Shown here: positions 1 to 7,977 of the stretch, piece by piece
Layout of the letters: every line of letters starts with the position of its first letter
How positions within the stretch are numbered: position 1 is the first letter of the stretch
NCBI GenBank assembly: GCA_035763465.1
Contig: DASUBC010000137.1
Coordinates: forward strand, 1-38,678
Length of the DNA: 38,678 nucleotides
Direction: 5' to 3'
From: Thermomicrobiales bacterium
GTDB taxonomy: Bacteria; Chloroflexota; Chloroflexia; Thermomicrobiales; CADCWN01
Notes under the pieces: generated by a model
Told to the model about the DNA's origin: nothing
The model's database searches: none
The model's input: the letters and a program-made list of their open reading frames with translations, nothing else
Position numbers and translations under genes: made by a program

Positions 1-8
1 TCATCACG

Positions 9-917
9 GTGACGGAAGGGCCGGGAGGCATTCGTGTCCCGGCGCTCAACCAGACGTTTGCAATTGCGCAGCATGGCGTCTACCCCGCCTTCCGGCAGAC
101 GTGTGTCCTGATCTATCATCAGGTCGTGCAAGGAGGCGGCACGTATGACGAGCCAGGGGACGTAACGCGTGCGCCGTGGGGCGGCCCGCCCGCCGCGCCC
201 CCGCGCTGGAATCAGGCGGTGAACGACCTCTTGCAGACCTGGGCTATGCAGCCGCCCACAGCCGTGATTCCGCTGACCACGTTCGATAACTACGCCGCCG
301 TGCAGCACGCTGTGCTCGCGCCCACCGCCTGGACCGACGTCGAACAGGTCAAAGCGGGCGTGGCCTCCGTCTGGGCCGCGCAGGTAGGGGAGGTGCGTGC
401 GCTGCTCCAGCCACCCACGCTCACCGCCGATACGTACTTCTTCCTCCTGCATGTGCTTGTCGGCCTGCTGACCGGCGACACCACGACCGCCACCCTGGTC
501 GAACAACTGGTCAGCGCCGTCGCGACCTCCCAGGAATATCCCAACGACACCTTCATCAACCAGCTCATCTACCTGGCGCTGATGTATCTCGGCGATCCGC
601 TCGGTCCCTACGGCTGGAACAACGCGCAGTTGCAGACGGCGCTGACCGACATTAGCAGCGTGGTCGCCAATGTGGGGCCTGCGGCGCCGCTGATCCTGAC
701 CAGTCTGGCCCAGCACCAAAAGTTGCTCTATGCCGCCGCGTCTTATCCGCTGGTGGACCCCTACAATCCGGGCATTGGCTTCACCCAGCGCAAGACCGAC
801 ACGTTGGCCGCTCTGGACAAAGCACGGGCGAGTCTGCACGCGGCCCTGCCAACCGGCGGGGAACCACCAGTCCGCATCGTCAGGCAGATGCCCGCTGCTT
901 CCCCGCCGGCACGCTGA
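9..917 (+). CDS. hypothetical protein, probably the 3' part of an ORF that continues upstream of the window
   Basis: The frame is open from nt 3 to TGA 915-917, so the listed GTG at 9 may be internal. Third codon positions are GC-rich. I cannot assign any motif. Confidence 0.45.
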   Translation: MTEGPGGIRVPALNQTFAIAQHGVYPAFRQTCVLIYHQVVQGGGTYDEPGDVTRAPWGGPPAAPPRWNQAVNDLLQTWAMQPPTAVIPLTTFDNYAAVQHAVLAPTAWTDVEQVKAGVASVWAAQVGEVRALLQPPTLTADTYFFLLHVLVGLLTGDTTTATLVEQLVSAVATSQEYPNDTFINQLIYLALMYLGDPLGPYGWNNAQLQTALTDISSVVANVGPAAPLILTSLAQHQKLLYAAASYPLVDPYNPGIGFTQRKTDTLAALDKARASLHAALPTGGEPPVRIVRQMPAASPPAR

Positions 918-1444
918 CGGCCGATGACCTGGCGGCTACTGCCCTCTGGCGCTCCAGGAGGTACTGGCGCGACGTCGCCGAGGGAAGCCGGGTTGCTCGC
1001 TCTCCTCGTTCTGGCCGGCCCCTTACGCCGCCATGGGCGACCGCACACGGATGAGTAAGGCTTTGGGCAACACCCCACGCCGTCTTCGATTCGTTGGCGG
1101 CTAACCCCTTACTTGCCCAGGCCGAGGCGCTGGCGACTACAGCCGTAGCGAAAACGGGGCGTGGATAATCGTAGCGTGGTCCTGGCAGGCGGGCGCCCGA
1201 TCAGCTCACGACCGGCGCCGCCTGCGCTGCTCTGTGCGCCCCGTCCGTCGCGCTGGCTGCGGCGCCCTTTGTATGCACATTCCGACCTGGTGCGCTAATG
1301 TAGGAACGAATACCGGCGGTGCGCTCTCAGTGCACAGCTGGCAATGAAATTGCGATAGCGCGGTAGGTGACAGCCAATCCCAGTCACGATCAGAATGTCT
1401 GCTCTCAGTCAGGAATATACCTGGGACGGAGGTCAGGAGCGGCG

Positions 1445-3205
1445 ATGGAAGACCAGAGGCTTCCGCGGGCCACGACCAACGTAGTCTCGCATCCCAGCAT
1501 ACTCGCGCTGGTATGGCTGCTGACAGCGGTCCTGGTGTGGCCGGGTGGTTGGGCTGCGCAGCCGGCGAGCGCAGCCACACTCCCACCTCCCCCGGCGCCG
1601 CTCATTAGCCGCAACGTGCCTGCCTTCGCCTCCTCCGAAGAGGGCGGCGCGGCCCGCAATGCCAACGACGGCGACTACGCCACCTTCTGGCGGTCCGTGG
1701 GTACACCGGCCTGGCTGGCGTACGACTTATCGAGCGTACCAGCGGCGCAGCGCGGCCAGGTCGTGGTTGCGTGGTACAACGACCCAATGACACCCGATTA
1801 TGACCCCGTACTCATCGGCAAGAACGCCTACAATCTGCCGACTGCCTACACGCTTGAGGCGAACGCCGCTGCTGGTGGCGCGCCACCAGCAGCGGGCTGG
1901 CAGGTGCTCGTCACGGTCACCGACAACATCTATCACTCGCGGCAGCATCTGGTAAACCTCAGCGGCTACAACTGGGTGCGTATCAATGTCAGCACTGTCC
2001 GCGGTGTTCCCGGCAACACCGACGTTGCGCTCAATCTCGACGTTCATGATGCCAGCCAGGGCGCACAGGACGACTGGATGTTCTACGGCGATTACATCTC
2101 GGCGGCGGGGTTCGATCATGCGCCGCGCGGCGTCGGCGCCTTCGCGCAGATCATCAATGCGAGCCAGCCTGGCCGGTTCCCGATTCAGGAGACGGGCGGG
2201 ACAGCGTATATGCAGAGTGGCGACGGCGCGCGCCTGATGAAAGCCTATCTCAACCTCTTCCCCGGTCAGTTCGTCGCACTCAGTTTCGGCACGACCGACG
2301 CTGACTTTTTCGCGGCTAACGACCCGAATCTACCCGCCAATTTCTACGGTAATTACGTAACGATGGTGCAGGCGGTGCTGGCGGACGGCAAGACGCCAGT
2401 CGTGCCGAAGATACCCTGGGGTCGGACACCAAACGCGCAGGCGAATATCCCGCGCCTTAACGCGAAGATTGCTGATCTCTACACCGCCTATCCGCAGATC
2501 ATCCACGGCCCCGACCTCTATGCGTACTTCGCTGGCCACCAGGATCAGATCGCTGCGGACGGCCTGAACCCGACCGACGCTGGCTTTGCGGCACTGCGTC
2601 AGCAGTGGGCGCAGCAAATGCTCCAGAACGTCTATGGCCCCGGCGGTGGGCCGCCCCCGCCGCCGCCGGGCAGCGGTAGTTGCAGCGACGGGCAGCTCTT
2701 TCCCGAGACCGGCAAGTGCGTGCGACAGCCGTTCCTGGCCTACTGGCAGGCGCATGGCGCGCTGGCGATCAATGGCTACCCGATCAGCGATGCATTTACC
2801 GAGACCCTCGAAGACGGCAAGCCATACACCGTCCAGTATTTTGAGCGCGTGCGGATGGAATACCACCCGGAGAACGCCGACCCACAATACCAGGTGCTCC
2901 TCGGCCAGTTCGGGCGGCGCATCCATCCCGCCGACCCTCCTGCGCCGCAACTGCCAGGCGCCGTCTATTTCCAGCAGACGGGCCATAATCTCACCGGGGG
3001 CTTCCTGGCCTACTGGCAGGCAAATGGCGGCCTGGCCCAGTTCGGCTTTCCGATCAGTGAGGTCTTCGGCGAGCAGCTTGAGGACGGCCACACCTACCAG
3101 GTGCAATATTTCGAACGCGCTCGCTTCGAATATCATCCAGAAAATCAACCACCCTACGATATCGAACTCGGCCAGTTCGGGCGCAGGATCCTCGGGAATC
3201 GCTAG
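1445..3205 (+). CDS. secreted discoidin (F5/8 type C, CBM32-like) + degenerate SGNH-fold protein with two C-terminal ~65-aa repeats
   Basis: ATG 1445 is preceded by GGAGG and AGGAG (1427-1439). The N-terminus has a signal-like h-region (ILALVWLLTAVLVW...ASA). NANDGDYATFWRS is a discoidin-type motif shared with the 3619 protein. SGNH blocks are recognisable but altered (GDY, GTTD, DGLNPT). A PPPPPP linker precedes two repeats ending QYFERVRMEYHPEN and QYFERARFEYHPEN. Confidence 0.85.
   Translation: MEDQRLPRATTNVVSHPSILALVWLLTAVLVWPGGWAAQPASAATLPPPPAPLISRNVPAFASSEEGGAARNANDGDYATFWRSVGTPAWLAYDLSSVPAAQRGQVVVAWYNDPMTPDYDPVLIGKNAYNLPTAYTLEANAAAGGAPPAAGWQVLVTVTDNIYHSRQHLVNLSGYNWVRINVSTVRGVPGNTDVALNLDVHDASQGAQDDWMFYGDYISAAGFDHAPRGVGAFAQIINASQPGRFPIQETGGTAYMQSGDGARLMKAYLNLFPGQFVALSFGTTDADFFAANDPNLPANFYGNYVTMVQAVLADGKTPVVPKIPWGRTPNAQANIPRLNAKIADLYTAYPQIIHGPDLYAYFAGHQDQIAADGLNPTDAGFAALRQQWAQQMLQNVYGPGGGPPPPPPGSGSCSDGQLFPETGKCVRQPFLAYWQAHGALAINGYPISDAFTETLEDGKPYTVQYFERVRMEYHPENADPQYQVLLGQFGRRIHPADPPAPQLPGAVYFQQTGHNLTGGFLAYWQANGGLAQFGFPISEVFGEQLEDGHTYQVQYFERARFEYHPENQPPYDIELGQFGRRILGNR
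2726..3187 (+). repeat. two in-frame tandem coding repeats (~190 nt each, 2726-2920 and 2998-3187)
   Basis: Repeat 1: FLAYWQAHGALAINGYPISDAFTETLEDGKPYTVQYFERVRMEYHPEN..LLGQFGRR. Repeat 2: FLAYWQANGGLAQFGFPISEVFGEQLEDGHTYQVQYFERARFEYHPEN..ELGQFGRR. Confidence 0.75.
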
Positions 3206-3230
3206 CGTCTGAACGTCCTGAAATACGACT

Positions 3231-3253
3231 GGGCCAGGCTGCTCGCCTGGCCC
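3231..3253 (+). terminator. GC hairpin after the 1445-3205 gene (possible terminator without a U-tract)
   Basis: GGGCCAGGC-tgctc-GCCTGGCCC is a 9-bp perfect stem starting 26 nt after the stop codon. No T-run follows it. Confidence 0.35.
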
Positions 3254-3430
3254 CTCGTCGTGTGCCTATGTCGCTACCTGGCCGGGTATGCCGCCAGTCC
3301 AGGCATACGTCAGGGCGGGCTGCCTGACCTTGTCTAGTACTTTCCACCTAGTCCATCTGGACACAAATGGTGATACCAGCGCCCCGGGTCGTTCGTTACA
3401 CTACCAGCGGACCAATCGGATAGAGATTGG

Positions 3431-3528
3431 ATACTCGTGCTCAGGGCAAAGTCGCCGAAAGGCGGCGGCGCAAAGCTACAGACCTACGGCCCAGTTGGGC
3501 TATGGTGGCTGGGTTGCCTCGGGTGTAT
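3431..3528 (+). promoter_or_regulatory. c-di-GMP-I (GEMM-I) riboswitch-like aptamer in the 5' leader of the GH5-CBM32-SGNH gene
   Basis: - nt 3444-3476 read GGGCAAA-GUCGCC-GAAA-GGCGGC-GGCGCAAAGC, i.e. the conserved GGCAAA and (A/G)CGCAAAGC strands around a GAAA-capped hairpin.
- Helix AGCUAC (3474-3479) / GUGGCU (3505-3510) encloses CCUAC (3483-3487) and UAUGG (3501-3505), resembling the GAAA tetraloop receptor.
- AUAC (3431-3434) / GUAU (3525-3528) can close P1. Confidence 0.7.
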
Positions 3529-3618
3529 TGTTGTGGCCGCTTGCGCTCGCCCAGGATTGGCGCGCCTATGTCGCTCGCGTGATCCCATCCGGCAACCAGC
3601 CCCGGAGAAGACTACCGG

Positions 3619-6432
3619 ATGCTCTTCCGCTCGACTGGCGCTCGCCGGCCGCGAGTGTTGCTGGTTTTCCCTCTTGTCCTCGCGCTCCTGTTTGCCTCGA
3701 CGATTACCGCCTGGCCTTTGCGCGCAGCGCCCGCCAGTACGGCGCCGATGGGGCTGCGCGTCACGGGCACGCAGTTGGTGGATGGGCAGGGGCGGCCGGT
3801 GCGCCTGCTGGGGGTCAACCGCTCGGGCACGGAGTATGCCTGCATCCAGGGATGGGGGATCTTCGATGGCCCCAGCGACGCCGCCTCGGTCCAGGCCATC
3901 GCCGCCTGGCACGCCACTGCGGTCCGCATTCCGCTCAATGAGGATTGCTGGCTAGCCATCAATGGCGCCCCCGCCGCCTACGCTGGCGCTGCCTACCAAC
4001 AGGCGATCCAGGACTATGTGGCGCTGCTGAACCAATATGGTCTGGCGGCGATTCTCGAACTCCACTGGAGCGCGGCGGGGAGTGCCCCGGCGACCGATCA
4101 GCAGCCGATGCCCAATCGCGACCATAGCCTCGTCTTCTGGCGCAGCGTCGCCACCGCCTTCAAGGATAATGGGGCCGTGCTCTTCGACCTCTTCAACGAG
4201 CCATATCCCGATAATAACCAGGATACGCCCGCGGCCTGGGACTGCTGGCAGCAGGGCACCACGGCGACGAACCGCGCAACCTGTCCGGGCAGCGGTTATA
4301 CCTACCAGGCGGCGGGGATGCAGGAGCTAGTCGCGGCGGTGCGGGACACCGGGGCACGCAACGTCATCCTGCTCGGGGGGGTGCAGTACGCCAATGCGCT
4401 CGCGGGCTGGCTGGCGCATCGGCCGGCCGACCCGGCCAATAACCTGGCGGCGGCCTGGCATGTCTATAACTTCAATGTCTGCAACAACGCGGCCTGTTAC
4501 GACAGCACCGCAGCGCCGGTCGCGGCGCAGGCACCGCTCGTGGCCAGTGAGATTGGTGAGAACGACTGTGGCCATAGCTTCATTGACCCACTGATGGCCT
4601 GGCTCGATACGCATGGGGCGGGATACCTGGCCTGGACCTGGGATACCTGGGGCGGCTGTGGGCCGGTGCTCATTTCGCGTTATGACGGCACGTCAACCGC
4701 GTATGGGCAGGGCTTCCGCGATCATCTCGCCGCTATCGCCGCAGCGCCGGCTGCGGCGCCGGGCGGCGCCAGCCCGGTCATCAGCCGCAATGTGCCCGCT
4801 TATGCCTCGGGCGGCTACCCGGCCGGCTATGCCAATGATGACGATTACGCGACGGCCTGGCGCTCGCTGACCACGCCGACGGTGGCTGCGCCACAATGGC
4901 TGGCCTACGACCTCTCAGCGATACCGGCAGCGCGGCGCGCCAGTGTACTCGCCGTCTGGTACAACGACGCGACGAGCGCCTACTGGCAGGGCAATGACGG
5001 CGCCTACTACGGCCAGCCGCGCGATTACACGATTGAGGCCAACGCTGCGGCCGGTGGCGCGCTGCCGGCAGACGGCTGGCAGACGCTGGTGTCCGTCACC
5101 GGCAACACCTACGCGAGCCGCGCCCAGACACTCACGCTGACCGGCTACAACTGGCTGCGACTGCGTGTCACGGCGACCAATGGTGGCGCGGGCAATGCGG
5201 ATGTTGCGGTGCAATTTGACCTTCAGGATCTTAGTGCCGGCGGGAACCGCTGGCTCTTTCTCGGTGATTCGATTACGGCGGAGGGCTTGCGCCATATTAG
5301 CGGTACCGGCGCGGGATGGGCGGGCGGTGACCTGGCCCAGCTCGCGAGCGCGGCCACCAATGGAGCGCGCTTCCCCACCATCGTCAACGGCGGCGTTGGC
5401 GGCACGACGATGGCCTGGGCAGCGCAACATGTGGACGACCTGCTGGCGCCCTTTGCCGGCGATTACGTCGCCATCAGCTATGGCACGAATGACGCGAACA
5501 CTGCCGGCCCACTTTCATCCAGCCAGGTCGTCTCCTACTACCAGCACTTGCTTGCCGTCGTAGACGCCGTTCAGGCGCGCGGCATGGTCGCGGTCGTCGG
5601 CACAATCCCGTGGGGCTGTGCTGGAGACGGCTGGCTTGGTATCAATGCGCGCACACTCAACGACTATGTCGCCGCCCATCTGTGGACCGACCGGCCGGAT
5701 GTCGTGAAGGGGCCAGACCTCTGGACCTTCTATCAGCAGCACCCTGACTTGCTGCGCGACTGCATCCATCCGACCTACGAGTTGGGCGCGGGGGCACTGA
5801 ACGGCTACGAGCAGTATCAGCGCCAATGGCTAAACACGATCGTTGCGGTGTCCGGCAGCGCGAACCCGGCCAGCGCCGCATCCCCGACCGCCGCGACCGC
5901 CCCGCCGCCGGTTGCTGCCAGCGGGGAGGCGCCCGCCGCCCGAGCGCCGCTCGCGCCAGCAGCCGGTACGCTTGTCATCTATGACAATGGTCTTCAGCAT
6001 GGCTTTACAGACGGTTCGTTCAGCGCCTCAGCGCGCAACGCCTGCGATACCAGCGACGCCGTCTCTGCGCCATGCTCCTATGCCATCAGTTATCTCGCCT
6101 GGGGCGGGCTGAATTTCGTGGCGCCAGCGGCCGGCCTTGACACTGGTCCGTACACCCGGCTCGAATGGGTCGTCAATACCCATGGGCAGCCAGTCACGAA
6201 TTTCTCGGTCCTCTTCACCGACAACACTGCTGCTCGCACCGTATTGCACGAGGTGATTCTGTCGCCCGCGAACGTGGTCGCCACGCTGCCGAACGGCTGG
6301 CTGCGCGTCTCGGTTCCGGTGGCTGACCTCAACCCGGCGCATGCTGTTGTCGGATCCGTGCAACTGAAGAACGCCACCGCTGGTCCACTGGCAAGCATCA
6401 ATGTGGACGACGTGCAACTGGTGACGCCCTAA
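3619..6432 (+). CDS. secreted multidomain enzyme: GH5 (cellulase-type) + discoidin/CBM32-like + SGNH esterase + C-terminal beta-sandwich-like domain
   Basis: - ATG 3619 with GGAGAAG upstream; signal peptide RRPRVLLVFPLVLALLFAS..LRAAPAS.
- GH5-type motifs GVNRSGTEYAC, FNEPY (acid/base Glu) and ASEIGE (nucleophile Glu).
- ISRNVPAYAS..YANDDDYATAWRS discoidin motif.
- Intact SGNH blocks GDSITAEG, GGVGGTT, YGTNDA, DCIHPT.
- Ala/Pro linker, then a ~165-aa C-terminal domain. Confidence 0.9.
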   Translation: MLFRSTGARRPRVLLVFPLVLALLFASTITAWPLRAAPASTAPMGLRVTGTQLVDGQGRPVRLLGVNRSGTEYACIQGWGIFDGPSDAASVQAIAAWHATAVRIPLNEDCWLAINGAPAAYAGAAYQQAIQDYVALLNQYGLAAILELHWSAAGSAPATDQQPMPNRDHSLVFWRSVATAFKDNGAVLFDLFNEPYPDNNQDTPAAWDCWQQGTTATNRATCPGSGYTYQAAGMQELVAAVRDTGARNVILLGGVQYANALAGWLAHRPADPANNLAAAWHVYNFNVCNNAACYDSTAAPVAAQAPLVASEIGENDCGHSFIDPLMAWLDTHGAGYLAWTWDTWGGCGPVLISRYDGTSTAYGQGFRDHLAAIAAAPAAAPGGASPVISRNVPAYASGGYPAGYANDDDYATAWRSLTTPTVAAPQWLAYDLSAIPAARRASVLAVWYNDATSAYWQGNDGAYYGQPRDYTIEANAAAGGALPADGWQTLVSVTGNTYASRAQTLTLTGYNWLRLRVTATNGGAGNADVAVQFDLQDLSAGGNRWLFLGDSITAEGLRHISGTGAGWAGGDLAQLASAATNGARFPTIVNGGVGGTTMAWAAQHVDDLLAPFAGDYVAISYGTNDANTAGPLSSSQVVSYYQHLLAVVDAVQARGMVAVVGTIPWGCAGDGWLGINARTLNDYVAAHLWTDRPDVVKGPDLWTFYQQHPDLLRDCIHPTYELGAGALNGYEQYQRQWLNTIVAVSGSANPASAASPTAATAPPPVAASGEAPAARAPLAPAAGTLVIYDNGLQHGFTDGSFSASARNACDTSDAVSAPCSYAISYLAWGGLNFVAPAAGLDTGPYTRLEWVVNTHGQPVTNFSVLFTDNTAARTVLHEVILSPANVVATLPNGWLRVSVPVADLNPAHAVVGSVQLKNATAGPLASINVDDVQLVTP

Positions 6433-6462
6433 CGACCGGGTGGGTGTGGCCGTAGCGGAGGC

Positions 6463-7719
6463 TCAGCGGCTCGCCCCGGCGGGTGGAATCGCGACTGCCG
6501 GGGCGTGGGCGTCGGCCCAGCCTCGCAGCATCGCCGGATCGGGCGTGCCCCAGGTGTCGCCGTCGCGGAAACTCCAGGCCCAGGCGCCGGCGTAGCCGCC
6601 TGCGTACCAGATGTCGAGGTACGTGTGCAGGTCGGCGACTTTGCTGTGAGCGGCGGGAAATTCCCCCACGACGAGCGGGCGATCAAGGTGCAGGGCTGCC
6701 GCGCGTGTCCCGAAGAGATTATCGGTACTGTAAGGCTGCATCCAGTCGTAATAATGCACCTGGTAGTAATCCAGCCCGAGGCCGGCCCAGTTCTGGAGCC
6801 ACTTCATATCGGCGCAGCCGATCGTTGCGTAGGCACGCGCCGACCGGTGGATGGCTTCGACGGTGCGGCCAGCGAAGGCGCGGAAGGTCGCCAGAGTAAC
6901 CGGCTGCCCTACCTCGTTCGCGACCCGCCCGGCGTCGCTGATCGCCCATTCCGGCTCATTCATTACCTCCCAGGAGAGAATCGCCGGGTGGCCGGCGTAG
7001 CGCTGGAAGAGCGGCTCGAAGACCTTGTTGATGAGCGCGTCCTGGCCGGCCGGCGTCGCGATGATGCTGGCGTGCCCGCCTAATTGTACGCCGTTGTCCG
7101 TCCGCGCGTTCCAGAGGAATCGGTAGTCCAGCAACACGAGATCGAGGCCGAGGTTATGCCGCGTCGCCAGCGCCAGCGCGGCGTCGAAGTCAGGGAAGAC
7201 CCACTGATCGAGACCAGTCGGTAATCCCGTTTCATCGTAGACGATGCCGGCCCGGCCATCGGCAAAGACGAACCAGCGGACCATATGCACGCCGAGCGCC
7301 GCCATCCGGGCGAAATCGGCGTCAACGGTCGCATAGGTCGCGGGATCATGGACGCCATACGCGCCCCAGGCGTTGCCGCCGAAATCGTTGCCGTAGTGAT
7401 AATATGGGTAGTTGAGGCCCAGCAGGAACCATGCTCCGCCGCGCCAGCTCACTGTCCCGGCTGGTCCCGGCGTGGCCGGAACGACGCTGGCGGGTGAGGC
7501 CGCTGTAGGCGCAACCGGCGGCTGTGCCGGGGGTATAGTCGCGGTGGCGGCGCTGGTCGCCGCCGGCGGGCTGGTTGCCGTCGCAGCCGGGGTGCTGGCG
7601 AGGTTGGGTGTAGCCGTTGGCGCTACCGGCGCCGGCGCGGCGCCACACGCCGCTTCGATAAGGACGAGCGCCACCAGCATGACGACCAGCGGCCAGCGGT
7701 GGTATACGGCGATGTTCAT
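6463..7719 (-). CDS. secreted or lipid-anchored clan GH-A (GH5-like) glycoside hydrolase
   Basis: ATG 7719 is preceded by GGGAG; an alternative start lies at 7749. The N-terminus is a hydrophobic leader ending in Cys (LVLIEAAC), followed by a Pro/Ala/Thr linker. WEVMNEPEW (acid/base) and VVGEFPA (nucleophile) are spaced as in (beta/alpha)8 retaining hydrolases. Confidence 0.85.
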   Translation of the reverse strand: MNIAVYHRWPLVVMLVALVLIEAACGAAPAPVAPTATPNLASTPAATATSPPAATSAATATIPPAQPPVAPTAASPASVVPATPGPAGTVSWRGGAWFLLGLNYPYYHYGNDFGGNAWGAYGVHDPATYATVDADFARMAALGVHMVRWFVFADGRAGIVYDETGLPTGLDQWVFPDFDAALALATRHNLGLDLVLLDYRFLWNARTDNGVQLGGHASIIATPAGQDALINKVFEPLFQRYAGHPAILSWEVMNEPEWAISDAGRVANEVGQPVTLATFRAFAGRTVEAIHRSARAYATIGCADMKWLQNWAGLGLDYYQVHYYDWMQPYSTDNLFGTRAAALHLDRPLVVGEFPAAHSKVADLHTYLDIWYAGGYAGAWAWSFRDGDTWGTPDPAMLRGWADAHAPAVAIPPAGASR

Positions 7720-7977
7720 GGCACTCCCGTTGCGACCTGGATGTCCCACGACGTCATTCCCGGTTCGCCGCGTGCGCTGGTATCGTGAGCACTGCGGTCG
7801 AATCTCGCAAGATCGTGACCGGCATCTCTTTTGCTGCCTGTGCCCGCACGGGTGAACCAGTTATGGTCGTCACCGACCCCTGGAGGCGTGCTAGCATGGG
7901 CAACCTGTGGTTGGCATGGCGCGGAGCCAACGTGCAGCAACTGGCCGCTCACGACCAGGAAAGGGTGCTGTCTCAAC

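Noticed and set aside
1021-1120. ydaO (c-di-AMP) riboswitch-like 3' half (GGCGGCUAACCCCUUACUUGCC) and mutually exclusive helices AGTAAGG/CCTTACT versus GGGCAA/TTGCCC in the 528-nt leader of the 1445 gene
   Set aside because: Only a short resemblance to the GCUAACCUCGUAAGC segment is present. The conserved GGGGACCCA, GGGGUGAAUC and GUAGGG parts are not visible, and the element lies >300 nt from the start codon. It is worth a cmsearch (RF00379) but is not supportable by eye.
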